Source of the DNA: Lytechinus pictus
Lineage: Eukaryota
Direction: 5' to 3'
Length of the DNA: 64,000 bases
NCBI RefSeq assembly: GCF_037042905.1
Contig: NC_087252.1
Location: 3,598,001 to 3,662,000 of the forward strand
Under the pieces are notes generated by a model. The model was not told the DNA's origin. It was given only the letters and a program-made list of their open reading frames with translations, and ran no database searches. The position numbers were made by a program, and so were the translations under genes. Below are positions 1 through 13,596 of this stretch, one piece after another (within the stretch, counting starts at the first letter, position 1; each line of letters starts with the position of its first letter).

Positions 1-563
1 TATCGCGAATGCAGTCCCTACTGATTTAAAAAGGGAACTGTTAAGAATCAGCTGTTTGCATTAATTGGGTCATGAAGATGATATCTCACCAAATGAATAA
101 TGCGAGCGCGAAGCGTGAGCTGAAAATTTTTGATATCCGGGATGATACCTGGCCGTTCTAAGCTTTTTTTTAATTATAAAATGAATGGCTATCTAATTCG
201 CTGAAAATAAATCCTCTATGGAAATTATGAATACGCAGGATATGTATCTCGCTAAAACAAATAATGAAAACTCTAATAACATTTGATTTTTAAGCCCCAT
301 GTGAACAGATAATCATTAATAACTGCGAGCGCGTATCGCGAGCTACATTTTGAATTTTATATAATGGCCTGAAAGATTTATGTTCGTGACCAAAATTGTT
401 GGGACCTAAATGCTAACGGTGAATGGATGAGAATGTTTTTAAAATTTAAAGAACAAAAAACATTTTTGGAGTATTATGACAACGTTTACTATACATTTTG
501 TTTCTTCAAATTTCGGGGGGGGGGGGCAACTCACTGGGGACTCCCCATTCGGTGGCGCCACTG
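1..563. mobile_element. Right part of a GCGAGCGCGAAGCGCGAGC-motif non-autonomous transposon
   Basis: Motif copies near 102 and 325; ends in the TIR-like GGTGGCGCCACTG. Confidence 0.55.
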
Positions 564-1086
564 GTCTGGGGCGGAGCCCCCAGAACCTCGTGATATTTTT
601 AAACATTGCAGATGGCCATTTTTTTTTTAAATCAAATCGCGGGTACATACATCACATATTATATTAAGTTGCTAATTAATTGAATTGAAGGCTACACGTG
701 CAAAAGAAAATGTCTCATGAGAATTATTCGAAGATTTGAGGAGCTTTATACTCATATCTTATATTTTGACAATACGTTTTCTATCGATATACGCCCCCAT
801 CTTTTCTCCAAGAGATGACGATCTACAACAGAAGGCTGAAGATATTCATTCGACCCAACCCATTCTCATTTTTTTAATTTGTAAGTTGATTACAAAAAAG
901 AATATGTATAATGATTAGACTGATTCTAGAAACAGAGAATGGGCAACCATTGAACATATTTTGTGCAAATAAAAGAAAAATACAGGTGTCACTCAGCTTT
1001 CGGAACTATTTTATTGGCGGAGGATTTAGGACTGAGTATAATATATGAATAAGATCTGCTCATGAGATGCTTTAACCAGTTGCCCC

Positions 1087-1410
1087 CTAAATGTGCATGC
1101 GCCGGGTCAAGCTAGTGTTTACCTGGTTGCCCGAGTCGAGTTCTACAAGTTAGGATACGTGGTTACCCTGGCTAGGCCGTCGGGATATCCCTGGTGGCCC
1201 CTTGAAAAATTATTTTTTTTTTTTTTTAAAAATGCGATAAATAGCCCTTTATTCCCTTTAATTTTGTTAAATTTAGCCCTCTAAATGTGCATGCGCCGGG
1301 TCAAGTCAGTGTTTATCTGATTGCCCGAGTCAAGTTCTACAAGTTAGGATACGTGGTTACCCTGGCTAGGCCGTCGGGATATCCCTGGGGGCCCCTTGAA
1401 AAATTACTTT
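1087..1410. repeat. Direct duplication, period 194 bp
   Basis: CTAAATGTGCATGCGCCGGGTCAAG...GGCCCCTTGAAAAATTA at about 1087 and 1281. Confidence 0.85.
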
Positions 1411-2478
1411 ATTACACACACACCGCAAAAAATGGCCGGTGCCCCCCCCCCCCTGAAAAAGCAAGGACCCCCCAGTCCCCCCCCCCCCCCCCCCGGGAAA
1501 AAAATCCTAGCTACGCCATTGTCTGCGAAGGTCCGAAAACGCTGGAAAAAGCCATGTTAAAGTGAATTTTTGTTGCACGTGGTCGTATCATGCATGCACT
1601 GCACTGCGTGCACGTGTGTTGGCTGTTGGCTGTGCGAAAGACGAAATCAGAGAGCAGGAAGTGGAAAGCGAACTACCCGATTTCGTTTTCGCTGTCTGCG
1701 TTTTTCCAAACAGAATCAGGGGGGTAGAAAGCCTGTTCTGATTTTGTTTTTAATATATAACAAACACAGGTATAGAATGAGGTATCAGAGAGGACCAAAA
1801 GTATTTCTGATTTCATTCTTCTGTTTTTGATCTCCAAAAATGAAATCACAACGGGGTTTTTCTCGTTGTGATTTCGTTTTTGTGTTTTCAAAGACCAATC
1901 CATGAGGTTGACTTCCGTTTTTGCTCTACGAAAATCAGGAATGAAAAACGAATTATCCATTAGTACCCTGATTAATTGGACACCTAAGTGATGTTGACAA
2001 TGTACATCATTTTCAACCTCAAGGTGCTGTAATATTTGAAAAAAGTCCAGATGTGCTCACTCCTGCAAGAAACTCACCGTTATTTGGTAAAATATATTAT
2101 TGAATGTGAAAAATTGAGAACTATTCAAAAGTTGATTATGATATTCACATTAATCGTTCGGTGCTGTGAGTTTATTGGTAGCTCATTTCCCCCCCCCCCC
2201 CCAAAAAAAAAAAAAGAGTTTACATGAGTAAATAGAGAAGAACTATTCAAGAATGAGGAGCATGACTTAAATATTATCGACATTGGATATAAAACAATAG
2301 AGTCATGACAGTTATAATAGTTTCAGGGGGTAATCGGAAAGACACAGTAAAGTGCTTCTAAAATATGAGACCCTACCATGCCTACGATATCAGACACTTT
2401 TTTCTTTTCAAAACTTTCCTCGAATAATGTGGAACTTTGATTCCTCATTTGAATAATAAAGAAGATTTAACAACTCAC

Positions 2479-4002
2479 TTGAGCACAAAGTTCTTTATCA
2501 GTCAATTGTACATTCTTTGGTGGTGTATTCGTGTGGTTGTGCCGGTTGTCATGGTGATCAAATGCATTGAGATCATCTTCGTCTTCTTCAGTCTCTCTCT
2601 CGGCATCTTTATGAGCATCAATTAATAGCTGGAGAAAGTCTACCCGCTGAAAATGATTTAAATGAAAGTATCTGTATTATCACTGATCGAAAATTGTTTT
2701 CTGCTCTACACTGTAAAAATGCTTTTTAATGTTTTGTGTACGTTGATAAACTCATCCCTCTATCAAAAGATACTTAAACTATTTATCAAATTTCTATTTT
2801 TGTATTGGTTTTAGCTTTTTAAATGATTTGTTTAATGGTTTAAACAACATATTTGACACTTTAAACAATAGTCGTTAGGATGACTGGCTTAAACAACGAG
2901 CTCAATATAATAAATGACGTTTAAGTGTAATTGATTTATGTTATCATTTTTCTTCCCTCTTTTCCTTCTTCATCTCTTGTACCTTCACCAAAAGACGAGG
3001 AAAACATGAAATATAACGAACAATAAAATAAACAACATATCTTGTGGCCTGTATTCTGAAGCCAGGTTTAACTTAAACCACGATGTAATTCAACAATACT
3101 GTTTGCATTGTATATTTCTTACGTTTAATTTGTTGTTTCCATTTGCTTTCGTAATGAATAAGAATACTTCAGTTATGATTCCAAGCACTTATGAATCACT
3201 TGAGTGTCATTTGAGTTGATAAATTAAACGTCTACTAATAGAGATTTGTGCCCCAATTTGCTTTCCATACTAAAACGACAACTTTAACCCAAGGTTTAAT
3301 TTAAACCTGAGATCAGAATACGGGCCTGAGAGTCTAACCTTCGCGACGTTTCCTGAAGATATATTCTTTCTCAGTTCTACAGCCTTTAGAATCACCTTCC
3401 TGAAGAACTCTATTACATCAACAGGGAAGAATGTACAAAGGCCTGTCTTGGTCAAGATCCTACCTATCGGATGACATATATCTTGAGAAAAAAATCGGAG
3501 ATAGTAATGAGATTAATAATTGGTTCGGTTTGGTCCAGATTTACTTTTTTCTTTTTTTTCAAACGTAACAAACAAGTCAATCCCCAGCTCCTTTTTATCT
3601 TTTATCTATATTATTCTATTTCAATTTCAAGTTTTCATCCTTGTTATAAAATAAAATTTATTTCTAGAAGAAGATGTAGATATTAAATGTAGCTTTACTT
3701 GTAGCTTGAATTGCTTTCATTTAGACAAATGTAAATTAAGCTTTACATGATGTTTGTTGAAAGGACATTCTAGATATTTAAAAAGCTCATTTGTAAAAGG
3801 GGTTAGATCAATTTTTCATCAAATATGGTTTTCTTGTCCCAATGTATAGATATCTTAATCTTAGCAGCTCTGTGAAATGATACCAACCGGAAAAGTTGAA
3901 ATTCCCATTAAAATGTGAACAAAAATGGCAAAGGAAAATCACCTTTTTTCAAAAGAGGTTAGATTCAAGTCAGTTTGTTCGCAAAGGGGGCAAGACCCGC
4001 AA

Positions 4003-4078
<76 letters not shown>

Positions 4079-4161
4079 AAAGTTATACATGTACAACAGC
4101 TTTGGCAACTCTTTTATTTAAATATTGTAAAGAAATGGATGAAGAGAACAATATAATATAT

Positions 4162-4259
<98 letters not shown>

Positions 4260-7200
4260 ATACATGTATATGTATATATACCAAATTTCATGTTTACATG
4301 GTAGGGTACTCTAATGGAAGTTTATTTTCACATCAGAATATTGAAATATGGGGAATTAAAAAAATATGTATTTTTTTTTCAGAATAGTCTAAAGTGGATC
4401 TAATCCCTTTTGCAAACAGACACATCTGAATCACATTTGCAAAAGTAGTTAAATCAAGTTTTCATATTTTTTTTTCGGGCGGGGGTGGGGGGTCTATTTC
4501 AATCGCTCGATGATACTAAATAAGAGTTGAAATTCACATTAAATATGATTAAAAATAGCAAAGAAAAAATATTTTAGAAATATGAAGACAGGAAGATTTC
4601 TTTTGTACCAAATTTTGTGTTCGCATGATAGGATGGTAATGCAATGTGGGAGAATTAACAAAAGCTTGATTTTCTCGGAATGGTCTAAAATCGATCTCTC
4701 CCCTTTTGCAAACAAACTCTTCATTTATAAAACTTTGTGCATACAAACTAATTTTCAGCATTTTTTAAAAATATATATTTATATTGCATTTAAACCAAAT
4801 ATATGAAAATTTCATTTTGAACTGTCTATCAAAACTAAAAAAATATATATAAACGGTAGCGAATCATGATAAAGTCATGCTGATCAAAATTGATCATGGG
4901 GATAACATGGTGTTTTGTTATAGTTCTGTCTGTTGTACCGTTTCTGCTCATCGACTATTGATCACTTTGACATTTTGTCAGTAATAACAAAAACGAGGAT
5001 AATTATACTCACTACTAAGAAGGAAGAGCATGCCAAAATCAAATAGGAATCCTCGTTTTGCATTGGACACGAAGGGGTTATTTGGGTCTGATTGGGCATC
5101 GATGTCAAGACCAAAAGCACAGCTTCCAATTGTATCAATGGCAAACGATCCGAATAGTCTGAAAGGTAACATGGGCGGATCCAGCTTTTTATAAGGGGGG
5201 GGTTGGGGTGGTATGCGAGGGAGCGTAGCGACCGAGTCCAAGCGAGCGAGGGGGGAGGGTGTGGGAGGGGGGTGTCCCCCCTCCCACAGTAGGGAAATTT
5301 TTTAAAATCTGTGTGTGAAAATGGCGTTTTCTTGCTTTATAAATGAAATAAATACATAGAAATAGAATAAACTATAATTACAAGTTTAAAAAAAAGATAA
5401 GATTTTAAAAAAAGGTCCCCAGATTTTTTTAGGGGGGGGGTTGCAACCCCCCCAACCCCCCCTCTAGATCCGCTTCTGGGTAAGTAACAAAGAAGAACTG
5501 ACATCTTTAGTAGCCTTCTTTAAATACTCAATTAAAAAGGAGTGGATTGTACATGGCATCACTTTAATGTAAGAAAGTACGACCGGCCATACTCTTTGCA
5601 GGAGTTTAAAGAGCCAATGAAACTATAAAATTGTCAAGCATGTAAAAATATTCTATTCATGACGTTGGAGGCACAACCTTTAAGGACAATGAAGGAAAAG
5701 AAAAGTAATTAGCCAACTTTTCTTGGATCAAGATATTCCGGCACAAACGGTGTATTTTCTTCGATAAAAGGAATAAATCGAATGATTTAGATAATTGTTT
5801 AGAGATAGTAGATATAAGGAGCCATCAATTTAAATATTGTTTATCTTTCTTTGAGCAACTATTTTATTCCCCAACGAAACAGCGGTCGAAATGTGTTTTG
5901 CTCATTCATGTCATTGATTACGGTGTATTACTTAGCTTACTCTTTGCATTCGATGAATCCATTCTTCTTTTGCATCTTCCCAAAATGCTCCACAAGATGA
6001 TCTGCACTTCTATTCACTAGAGGTGCCATCTACGTCAAAATGTTAAAGGGAAGTGGGGATAAATAACATCAAGGGTCCGTTGCAGAAAGAGCTGCAATCA
6101 ATCGCAACTCTAAAATTCATGAGCAACTTGATTTTCAACCAATCAACAGCGCGCATTTGGGTCTTGCGATTGATTTTTTGACTTGCGTTTAAACGCAACA
6201 TTTTTTGCAACGGACCCCAGGTAGATAAAAATAAAGTGTACATCATCATGGCAATCCAACCGTTATCATCGTTTTCATGATCTCAAACACCACAGTTATA
6301 ACTATTATTATCATCACTATTATGATCATTAAAATGATTAGATTCATTGCAAGCACAACTGCTATTACTGTTATTATTATCTCTATCATGGATGCCTTAA
6401 TCATCGCCATGGCAATGCACATCAACATCAACATCAAAAGCAACGTTATCAGTGTTACTTGACTCACTATCAGGGTTATTAGAATAAGAAAACACACTCT
6501 TAAAACGTTTGGCAGCCTACCGTCCACAAAACAATTGGTTAAAAAGAAAATATCCAACTGTGGGTAGTTTTTAATCAATACTGTGAAGTTTTCACCCAAA
6601 GCACGCATTACTGGTTTAATGCTACCCAAAATCGGGCAAAGGTTTAACCAATTGTTGTGTAGACAGAATGTTGCCCAACATTTTTAAGAGTGCAGATATT
6701 CCACTCTACATATATTATCAATGTCAGAAGTGTTAGCAAATTATCATGAACATTCTGCATATCTGAAACGAAATGTCATAATTTGAAGACCAATATACGA
6801 ACTGCCAAATCATTCAAACATTATCCATATACACTTAAAAAACATTTAGGAATTAATCCTGACATATTAAGGTTTCCAAACAAGAAATTTACAAGATTCA
6901 TCTGAACCGAACGATGGTGATGAAATGTTCTCCATTGAGGCGTAAAAGGGTTAAAATTTAGAAAGGTACCTTAGACATGCCATAAGTGTTTATTTACCTG
7001 TTTCATTTTGGCAGCACTAAATGTTGGACTGACAACATTTCTTACTTCATGCCAGCGTTTCCCTTCTAAAGCACCAAGACCATGCAACATGTCCTCATTC
7101 ATGTTCAGAAATCTCTGATAAAAATAAGTGGTTTTCAAAAAAAGGGTGACAGGGAGGGGTAAGGGGTCATGGGGGAGGCGAGAGAGAAAGGGTGAATAAC

Positions 7201-10200
7201 GAGGGGCACAAAAATATTGAGAGGTGAAAAATTAAGTATTCTACACTCTACTGCGCCAGTAAAACCCTCCACATGTTATACCATTCAAGAACTGGGTAAA
7301 TCATAGATCACGACGTCTGTTTTCCTCATTAAAATAATAATTAAAACCTACTTATCAGCATTTATTGTACAGGTTGTATAGGAAATATTAAGTTTCTTCC
7401 CTTTTAGGCGCCAACAAATCCCTCCACATATTGCACCATTCAAGAACTGGGTAAAACCTGGATCAAGACATCTGTTTTCCTCAGTAAAATAACAATTAAA
7501 ACTTACCTACATGTATTTATTGTACAGGTTGTATTTAGTTATTATCAGTTCATAACTTCATTCATAATTTCATGGTTTAATTAATTATCGATTTGTATTT
7601 CTGTAATTCTGATTGTTTGTTGAAAATTGATTTGAAAAAGGGATAAACAAATAACTCAAATACACTTCACTACATTATTATTTAGCTTGAAGCCATCGGT
7701 GTCTGTAAACCTTTCATCCCAAGTCCCAATCATGTTGACACTTACCGGTCGATCGTGGAACTGAGAAAAGTTTTTGACAAAGATATGCCTCAACATATCC
7801 GGGTCTCCTACGACCAGGATGGGTTCCTGAAAGGTGTACATTCTGTGGGAATATACAATCATAGCATTATACAATCATGATAATTGATATAAAACACTTG
7901 ATTGACGGAGCAAAGGCGACTGGGACACACTCCTTGATTGATAGCACTTTTCTTACCAATCACGCTTATTTCTGTACAGAATTAACAGGTTAGTCATAAT
8001 AGCTAATGGCCAACCTTTCATATTTGCAACAAACCCTTATAGTCAAGTTTCTGACCCTTCTTACAACGTTTAAGATGTTCAATTGATGCTATAAAGGATC
8101 ATAAAAAACTTCAGGTTTATTTTTTTCTCTAAAGATTAAAAACAAATAACTATTAAATCGTTGTTCATCAGCATTACTTATAATACATGTCATCTTTATT
8201 ATTTTAATCCATCATCATTATGATCGTTGACCGGTGATCATCACCATCATTCTCATTCCAATTTTTTTTTTTTTTTCAGTATTAGAATCAGGGTTCTTTT
8301 TCTTCAAGATACCATATTCGTTAACCATTCAAGAGCTAACAGATATTTTAAAAGAGGTTAATGAATCTCACCCGTACACCTTTCCATGTTTCTTCTGTAA
8401 AATATCATATCCTGTTGGTAAACCCTGCAATAAAAAACAATATATTTTAATGGAATGATCAATGATTGCAATCACCTCCGTATAAAGGTGAATAAAGCTG
8501 AAAACTTCTTGAAGGAAAATTAGAAGCTAAATCAGAGAGGTAAGAATTTATATTTTGAATGAAATCCGACAAATGATATAAAAGATGGTTCTGATTTTTT
8601 TTTATCACTGTTAAGATATTGCAATTTCTAATTGGGCGTATACGAATTCAGAGGTGTTGACAACTCTCCCATTTGCTCCAAATTGTATCGACTGCAAATC
8701 GAATGCTATAAAATATTCCAGACAGAAATTACATAAAGGGCTGATACATAGGTAACACCCTAGTTCATACTGTATACACTCCATGAAAATATTAATCGAG
8801 CATATGATTTTTTTAGACCTGCACGATCTGCTTCACTCGCATACAGTGTTCAAACATGAATGAAAATTACAAATGTGATGACTTGATTAAAGACTTACTT
8901 TTTTAAATGGTTTAAAAGTACCCAGAATCGGTGATCCCGGTTCAAATACGACGCCTCGACGTTTCCAGTAGGTGTGACACCAATAATCCTTCCTGAAATA
9001 AATTTTAAAAACATGAATTACAAAATATATCAAAAAATCATGAAATTTAAAAATTTAAACTTTTAATTCCAATTCTGAATCTACAAAAAAAAAGGTTTCG
9101 TTTATTGAAGTGAAGTTCAGATTTGCTCTTTAACTTTCTATCCCAATAAATCCAAGTTGATAATCTTCACAATAAAAACGTTGTTTAAATTTTTTGTACA
9201 ACCCAGCTTAGTATATTAACATTGCAGCAGTTGTTTAACAGTTTAAACAATCTTGCTTGATTTTTTAGGACTAAAGTATTAAAAAGAAAATTTGATATTT
9301 AAGATCTTAAAACACTTGTTTTATTGTAAAAGAACTACTGTAATGTTAATACAGTAGACCTAAACAACTTTGTTGTATAACAATTGTAAAAAAGCGTTTT
9401 GCTTTGTTAATTATGATTATATATATATATATATACACTCCACCCCAACATTACCCCAATTCTCCTTACTCAGTTTAAAGAATAGCTATTACCTGTTCAC
9501 TGTAGTCATTTATCCCCCTTACATTGTGTCTTTTGTTTGTTTGCTTGACTGCACTAGAGTTATTGTTCTCTTTAACTGTACTTTAGTTCAACATTAAATT
9601 TGATTTAGTTGCTGATGAACCCTCAGGGGGAAACAGTCTGTACAACTAAAATCTAAGCAACTCGCTCCACCCTATTACTATACTACATGAAGTTCCTATA
9701 TGTACATGTAGTTGAGCACTTTTCAGTAACTGCAGTTTCGTATAGTCAGTATATATATATATATTGTAAAGAAATGGATGAAGAGAACAATGGTAGGCGT
9801 AGCTTAAATCAAGGTTCCCCAGAGCCCCGGGCGGAAATCTGTCCCGAAAGGTAGGGGGGACAACAGGGGCTGATCCAGCCTTCGCCAATAGGGGGGGGGG
9901 GCGAAAACATTTTCAGTCATATTTTAATCCCCGATCGGCAGCTCGAAGGTAATTTTTGTCTGTTTCATTGAAGGAGTAGTCCTCATGGTCACTTTTTAGC
10001 TTTATCCTTATAAATCAACATAAATATATGATATCATTGTCCTTATTCATATAATGCGAGCGCGAAGCGCGAGCAATTTTTTTGGGGAAAATTTATGTAT
10101 TTTTTTCCTAAAATTTGAACATTCTGGGCAATGTTTGTTATCCTGAAAAAGATGTATATACAACTAAATATTTACTACGACCGCGAAGTGCGAGCAGAGG

Positions 10201-12171
10201 TTAACTGATGGAAAAGGTACCTGTTAAAGACTGCTTGCAATTAGCCATGAAGACGTTACATATTTCAACAATCAAATAATGCGAGCGCGAAGCGCGAACT
10301 GAAATTTTTTGAAATTTTTACCTAAAGACTGGAAATTCTAAGCACTTTTTGTAACTTAAACATATAATAGGTATATAACTAAACAATTGATGCGAACGCG
10401 AAGCACGAGCGGAAGGTTTTGAGATTTAGACCTAAGAACGAGACACTCTGTTAATGTTTTGTAAATCATGAAAAGGATGAGTAATTGGGGTCTTTCTTAC
10501 ACCCGGTCCTTACATTAATAAAGCGAGTACAAAATGCAGCCAGAAAATGTTCATATACGTTTAATTTGAATTGATCGAAAGGGTACTTGTTAAGGACTGC
10601 TTGCACTTAGCCATGAAGACGTTTCATATTTCAACAATCAATGCTAGCGCGAATCGCGAGCTGAAAATTTTTGACATTTTTTCAAAAAGAATCGAAAATT
10701 TTAATCAATTTTTGTAATCGTGAACAGGGTAGCTATATAACTAAACAATTGATGTTAGCGAAGCTTGAGCAGAAAATTCGAGATTTAGACCTAAAAACGG
10801 GACACTCTACTCATGTTTTGTAAATCATGAAAAGGATGAGTAATAGGGGATCTTTCTACATTAATAATGCGAGCACAAAGCGCGAGCAGAAAATTTTTGA
10901 TATTGTGATCTGAAACTGGATAATGATTTAAATAGAGAACAAATTGAATATCTTAATAAACATGATCGTGTTTCAGATTTTATACCTAGAATCTCGGCAT
11001 TTTACACATCTATCAGCGAGCGCGAAGCGCGAGCTTAAACTATTTGATATTCCGATCTGAAAAAAAGAGTCAATTTCAGCTATATATTTCAAGCACTTTG
11101 TAGGAAAATTGTGAGGTGAATATGGATCACACTTAATAAAGAGCTGATATTTTTCATTATTATTTGAGTTTTGACATAGGACCGGGACATCCTTAGGACA
11201 AGTCATATGAAAATGATGACTATCTTCCTATTCCTCTTACTAAGCGCAAGATGAAACAAAAGGGACAATTTAATCATTAAATTGATATCTTATTTATTAA
11301 TGCATAATGCGGGCGAGAAATCTGATGATATTATGGCCTGAAAACTGGACATTTCAAACACTTTTGTAATTATAGAATGCATCAGTTAAAACATTTTAAC
11401 CATCAATGCGAGCGCAAATCGCGAGCCAAAATCTTTGATAAACTGTCATGAAAATCAATATTGAGACATACATAAATCGCCAATCAAAATACGAGTAGCA
11501 CTATCTGCTACGTTTTGACAATCAGACTTGAAAAGGGATATTTTCAAACTAAATGGAATACACAAAAATAATAGGTACTGAATAAATCGAATTTTGCGAG
11601 CGCTCAGTGCGAGTAGAAAATGTCAATATTCAGACCATAAAAACTGTAACTTTTACAGATCAATTTTTAAAAAATCCGTTTGTAAATCACACAAAATAAT
11701 GAAAGTTTGATTTCCGAGGTGAAATGTATAATGTATATTGACTTCCAAACATGATATTTAAGCTCCATATTGAAAAATCACGGCTAACAGGCAATGCGAG
11801 CGCGAAGCGCGAGCGAAAATTTTATATAGTGACATGAAAGATTCTTTTTATTTTCCAAGTTTTCCCCTCATCTTATTTTATTCACTCTGGAAAATTTGAC
11901 AAGCAAAAAAAACAAAGGTTTTCGCCAAAAATGTAAGGTCATTTAGTCCAAAATACACGTATTATTTCGAATGTGAATGATGCATTTTTCTCCATCATAA
12001 AAGACCAAAAATAGTAGGGGGACATTTGATATTGTGTCCCCCCTACTATTTTTGGTAGGGGGGACACGTCCCCCCTGTCCCCCCTGGGATTTCCGCCCAT
12101 GCCCAGAGCTATCTACCCTTTGGAAAAATTGGTGATGCCGTTCAAGCTGTTGTACATGTATAACTTTACAC

Positions 12172-12230
<59 letters not shown>

Positions 12231-12821
12231 ATTATAATGATGTGATTATTTGTACACACTTATCATCCACACTCTTATAATATTTCTAATCGACTGGTAT
12301 AAAAGGTGTGGTGTGCTGGATAATTATATCGCTGTGCAAAAAAAAGAGAAAAACGCTCTACGTTGCACACTATACACACATTTTATTTGGAAAGAAATAC
12401 AATCTGAGGTAAGTTTGCTGTATTAGCAGATTAGGGACCGGGCATTTAAAATGAGCGGAACAAGAGCGATATTAAATATTACCCATACTCACAGCTGACG
12501 AGAACATATAGCAGACGTAGCTTTGCATGCATTACAGATGAGATTTGAAGTTTACGTTTATTTTTAAAAGAAATATCTTCTTCTATTGTCATATTCGGCA
12601 TAGAGGCCTATACCGAAGGAGCAATCAACTGGTTTCGTCGAAGTACTCTGTTTATATACCGGTTACATACATTTTTATATTTCTTATATAGAATTAGTAC
12701 ATGAGCTGATCGATACTAAGTGAAGACAGACTTACACGAAGTAGAAGACAATGATGGCGAGGAAGATGATGACAAGGGCCATCGTCAATGACATCGACAT
12801 TCCGAGTATTTCAAGCTCCAT
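2479..12821 (-). CDS. Cytochrome P450 clan 3 (CYP3/CYP5-like), copy A, 5' part (exons 1-9); 3' exons lie left of the window
   Basis: GT-AG exons in frame: 12736-12821 ([28 protein letters not shown], membrane anchor), 8899-8992 (YWKRRGV..PG), 8372-8424 (KKHGKVYG), 7746-7842 ([16 protein letters not shown]), 6998-7114 (C-helix [15 protein letters not shown]), 5941-6029, 5013-5158 (DTIGSCAFG), 3339-3481, 2479-2646 ([11 protein letters not shown]). Same exon phases as copies B and C; the most divergent copy. Confidence 0.92.
3046..3326. mobile_element. MITE, same family as 58122-59991, ending a few bases from the copy A exon 8 donor
   Basis: TIRs GGCCTGTATTCTGA / TCAGAATACGGGCC; internal sequence colinear with the split copy. 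Confidence 0.8.
4005..4280. repeat. (TA)n microsatellites flanking a short fragment of the 41220 repeat family
   Basis: Direct reading. Further (TA)n at 12175-12226 and 36122-36202; (CT)n at 13517-13592. Confidence 0.95.
5170..5478. mobile_element. MITE with 5-bp TSD
   Basis: TIRs CATGGGCGGATCCAG / CTAGATCCGCTTCTG; TSD GGTAA at 5165-5169 and 5479-5483. Confidence 0.8.
9435..9750 (+). mobile_element. Probable Penelope-like element pLTR remnant
   Basis: About 315 bp bounded by short (TA)n runs on both sides and containing the hammerhead motif; no coding remnant seen. Confidence 0.5.
9602..9653 (+). ncRNA. Minimal type I hammerhead ribozyme (Penelope-like pLTR type)
   Basis: TTTAGTTG-CTGATGA-A-CCC TCAG GGG-GAAA-CAG T CTG-TA-CAACTAAA: helix I 9604-9611/9643-9650, core boxes CUGAUGA and GAAA, GUA cleavage triplet at 9640-9642. 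Confidence 0.75.
9826..12101. mobile_element. Non-autonomous hAT-like DNA transposon, about 2.3 kb, 8-bp TSD
   Basis: TIRs CCCGGGCGGAAATC / GATTTCCGCCCATG; TSD CCCAGAGC at 9818-9825 and 12102-12109. An uninterrupted host sequence is visible in reverse near 41815-41835. Internal array of GCGAGCGCGAAGCGCGAGC motifs. Confidence 0.8.
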
Positions 12822-13507
12822 TCTGATGTCTGTCTCACTATAGATTTGTGTATGTCCTTCAGCACATTCAATCATTCAATGCAGTATTATACAAGTTCTG
12901 TGTTAGCATGCACGTGAACTTCATGTTTTTATGATTTTATCTGATCAACCTCAGAATCGTAGCACACCATTTGTACGGGCTTATTCATTGTACAGTGATA
13001 AACAGTATTTACACTAAGATTGTATGATCCTTACATAGTATAATAAATAATTTTTTATTGTTTTCCGTGGCTGGTAAGCAGTAAAGCCTAGAGTAGCAAC
13101 CCCTAAACCACATAAAAGCGATATGAAATATATACATATAGATATATATATATATATTTATATAATGCATTTTTTATGTATTGCTTGTCAGTTAATTTAT
13201 TACGTGTATCATTATTATTATTGCATTTTCTTTGTTAATTTGATTTTAAGTGTGCAGATGACTTGGTCCGTACTGAGGGTGATAAGAAGATTGATTTGCC
13301 GCAAGTTACTGCTCCATTTTTTATACATATATTTAATTAATTTATTTATGTATTTATGTAAGTAAAATACCCCCCCCCCCCCTTTAAACAAGCATGACGA
13401 AGTAAACAAAATGTCATCTTGATTTTTCTACTGTTGTCATCTGTATATCAACATTGATATCCTAACCTCTCCCATCCCTTATCTTCTTCTTCTTATTCTC
13501 TCTCCCC

Positions 13508-13596
<89 letters not shown>

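Noticed and set aside
1..2478. Exons 10-13 of copy A
   Set aside because: No I-helix, ExxR or heme motif found here; they presumably lie left of the window, so copy A is not called a pseudogene.
6246..6629. Hydrophobic 127-aa ORF, and similar ORFs at 39747 and 44650, as membrane proteins
   Set aside because: Derived from degenerate (ATC/ATT)n intronic repeats with no homology signal.
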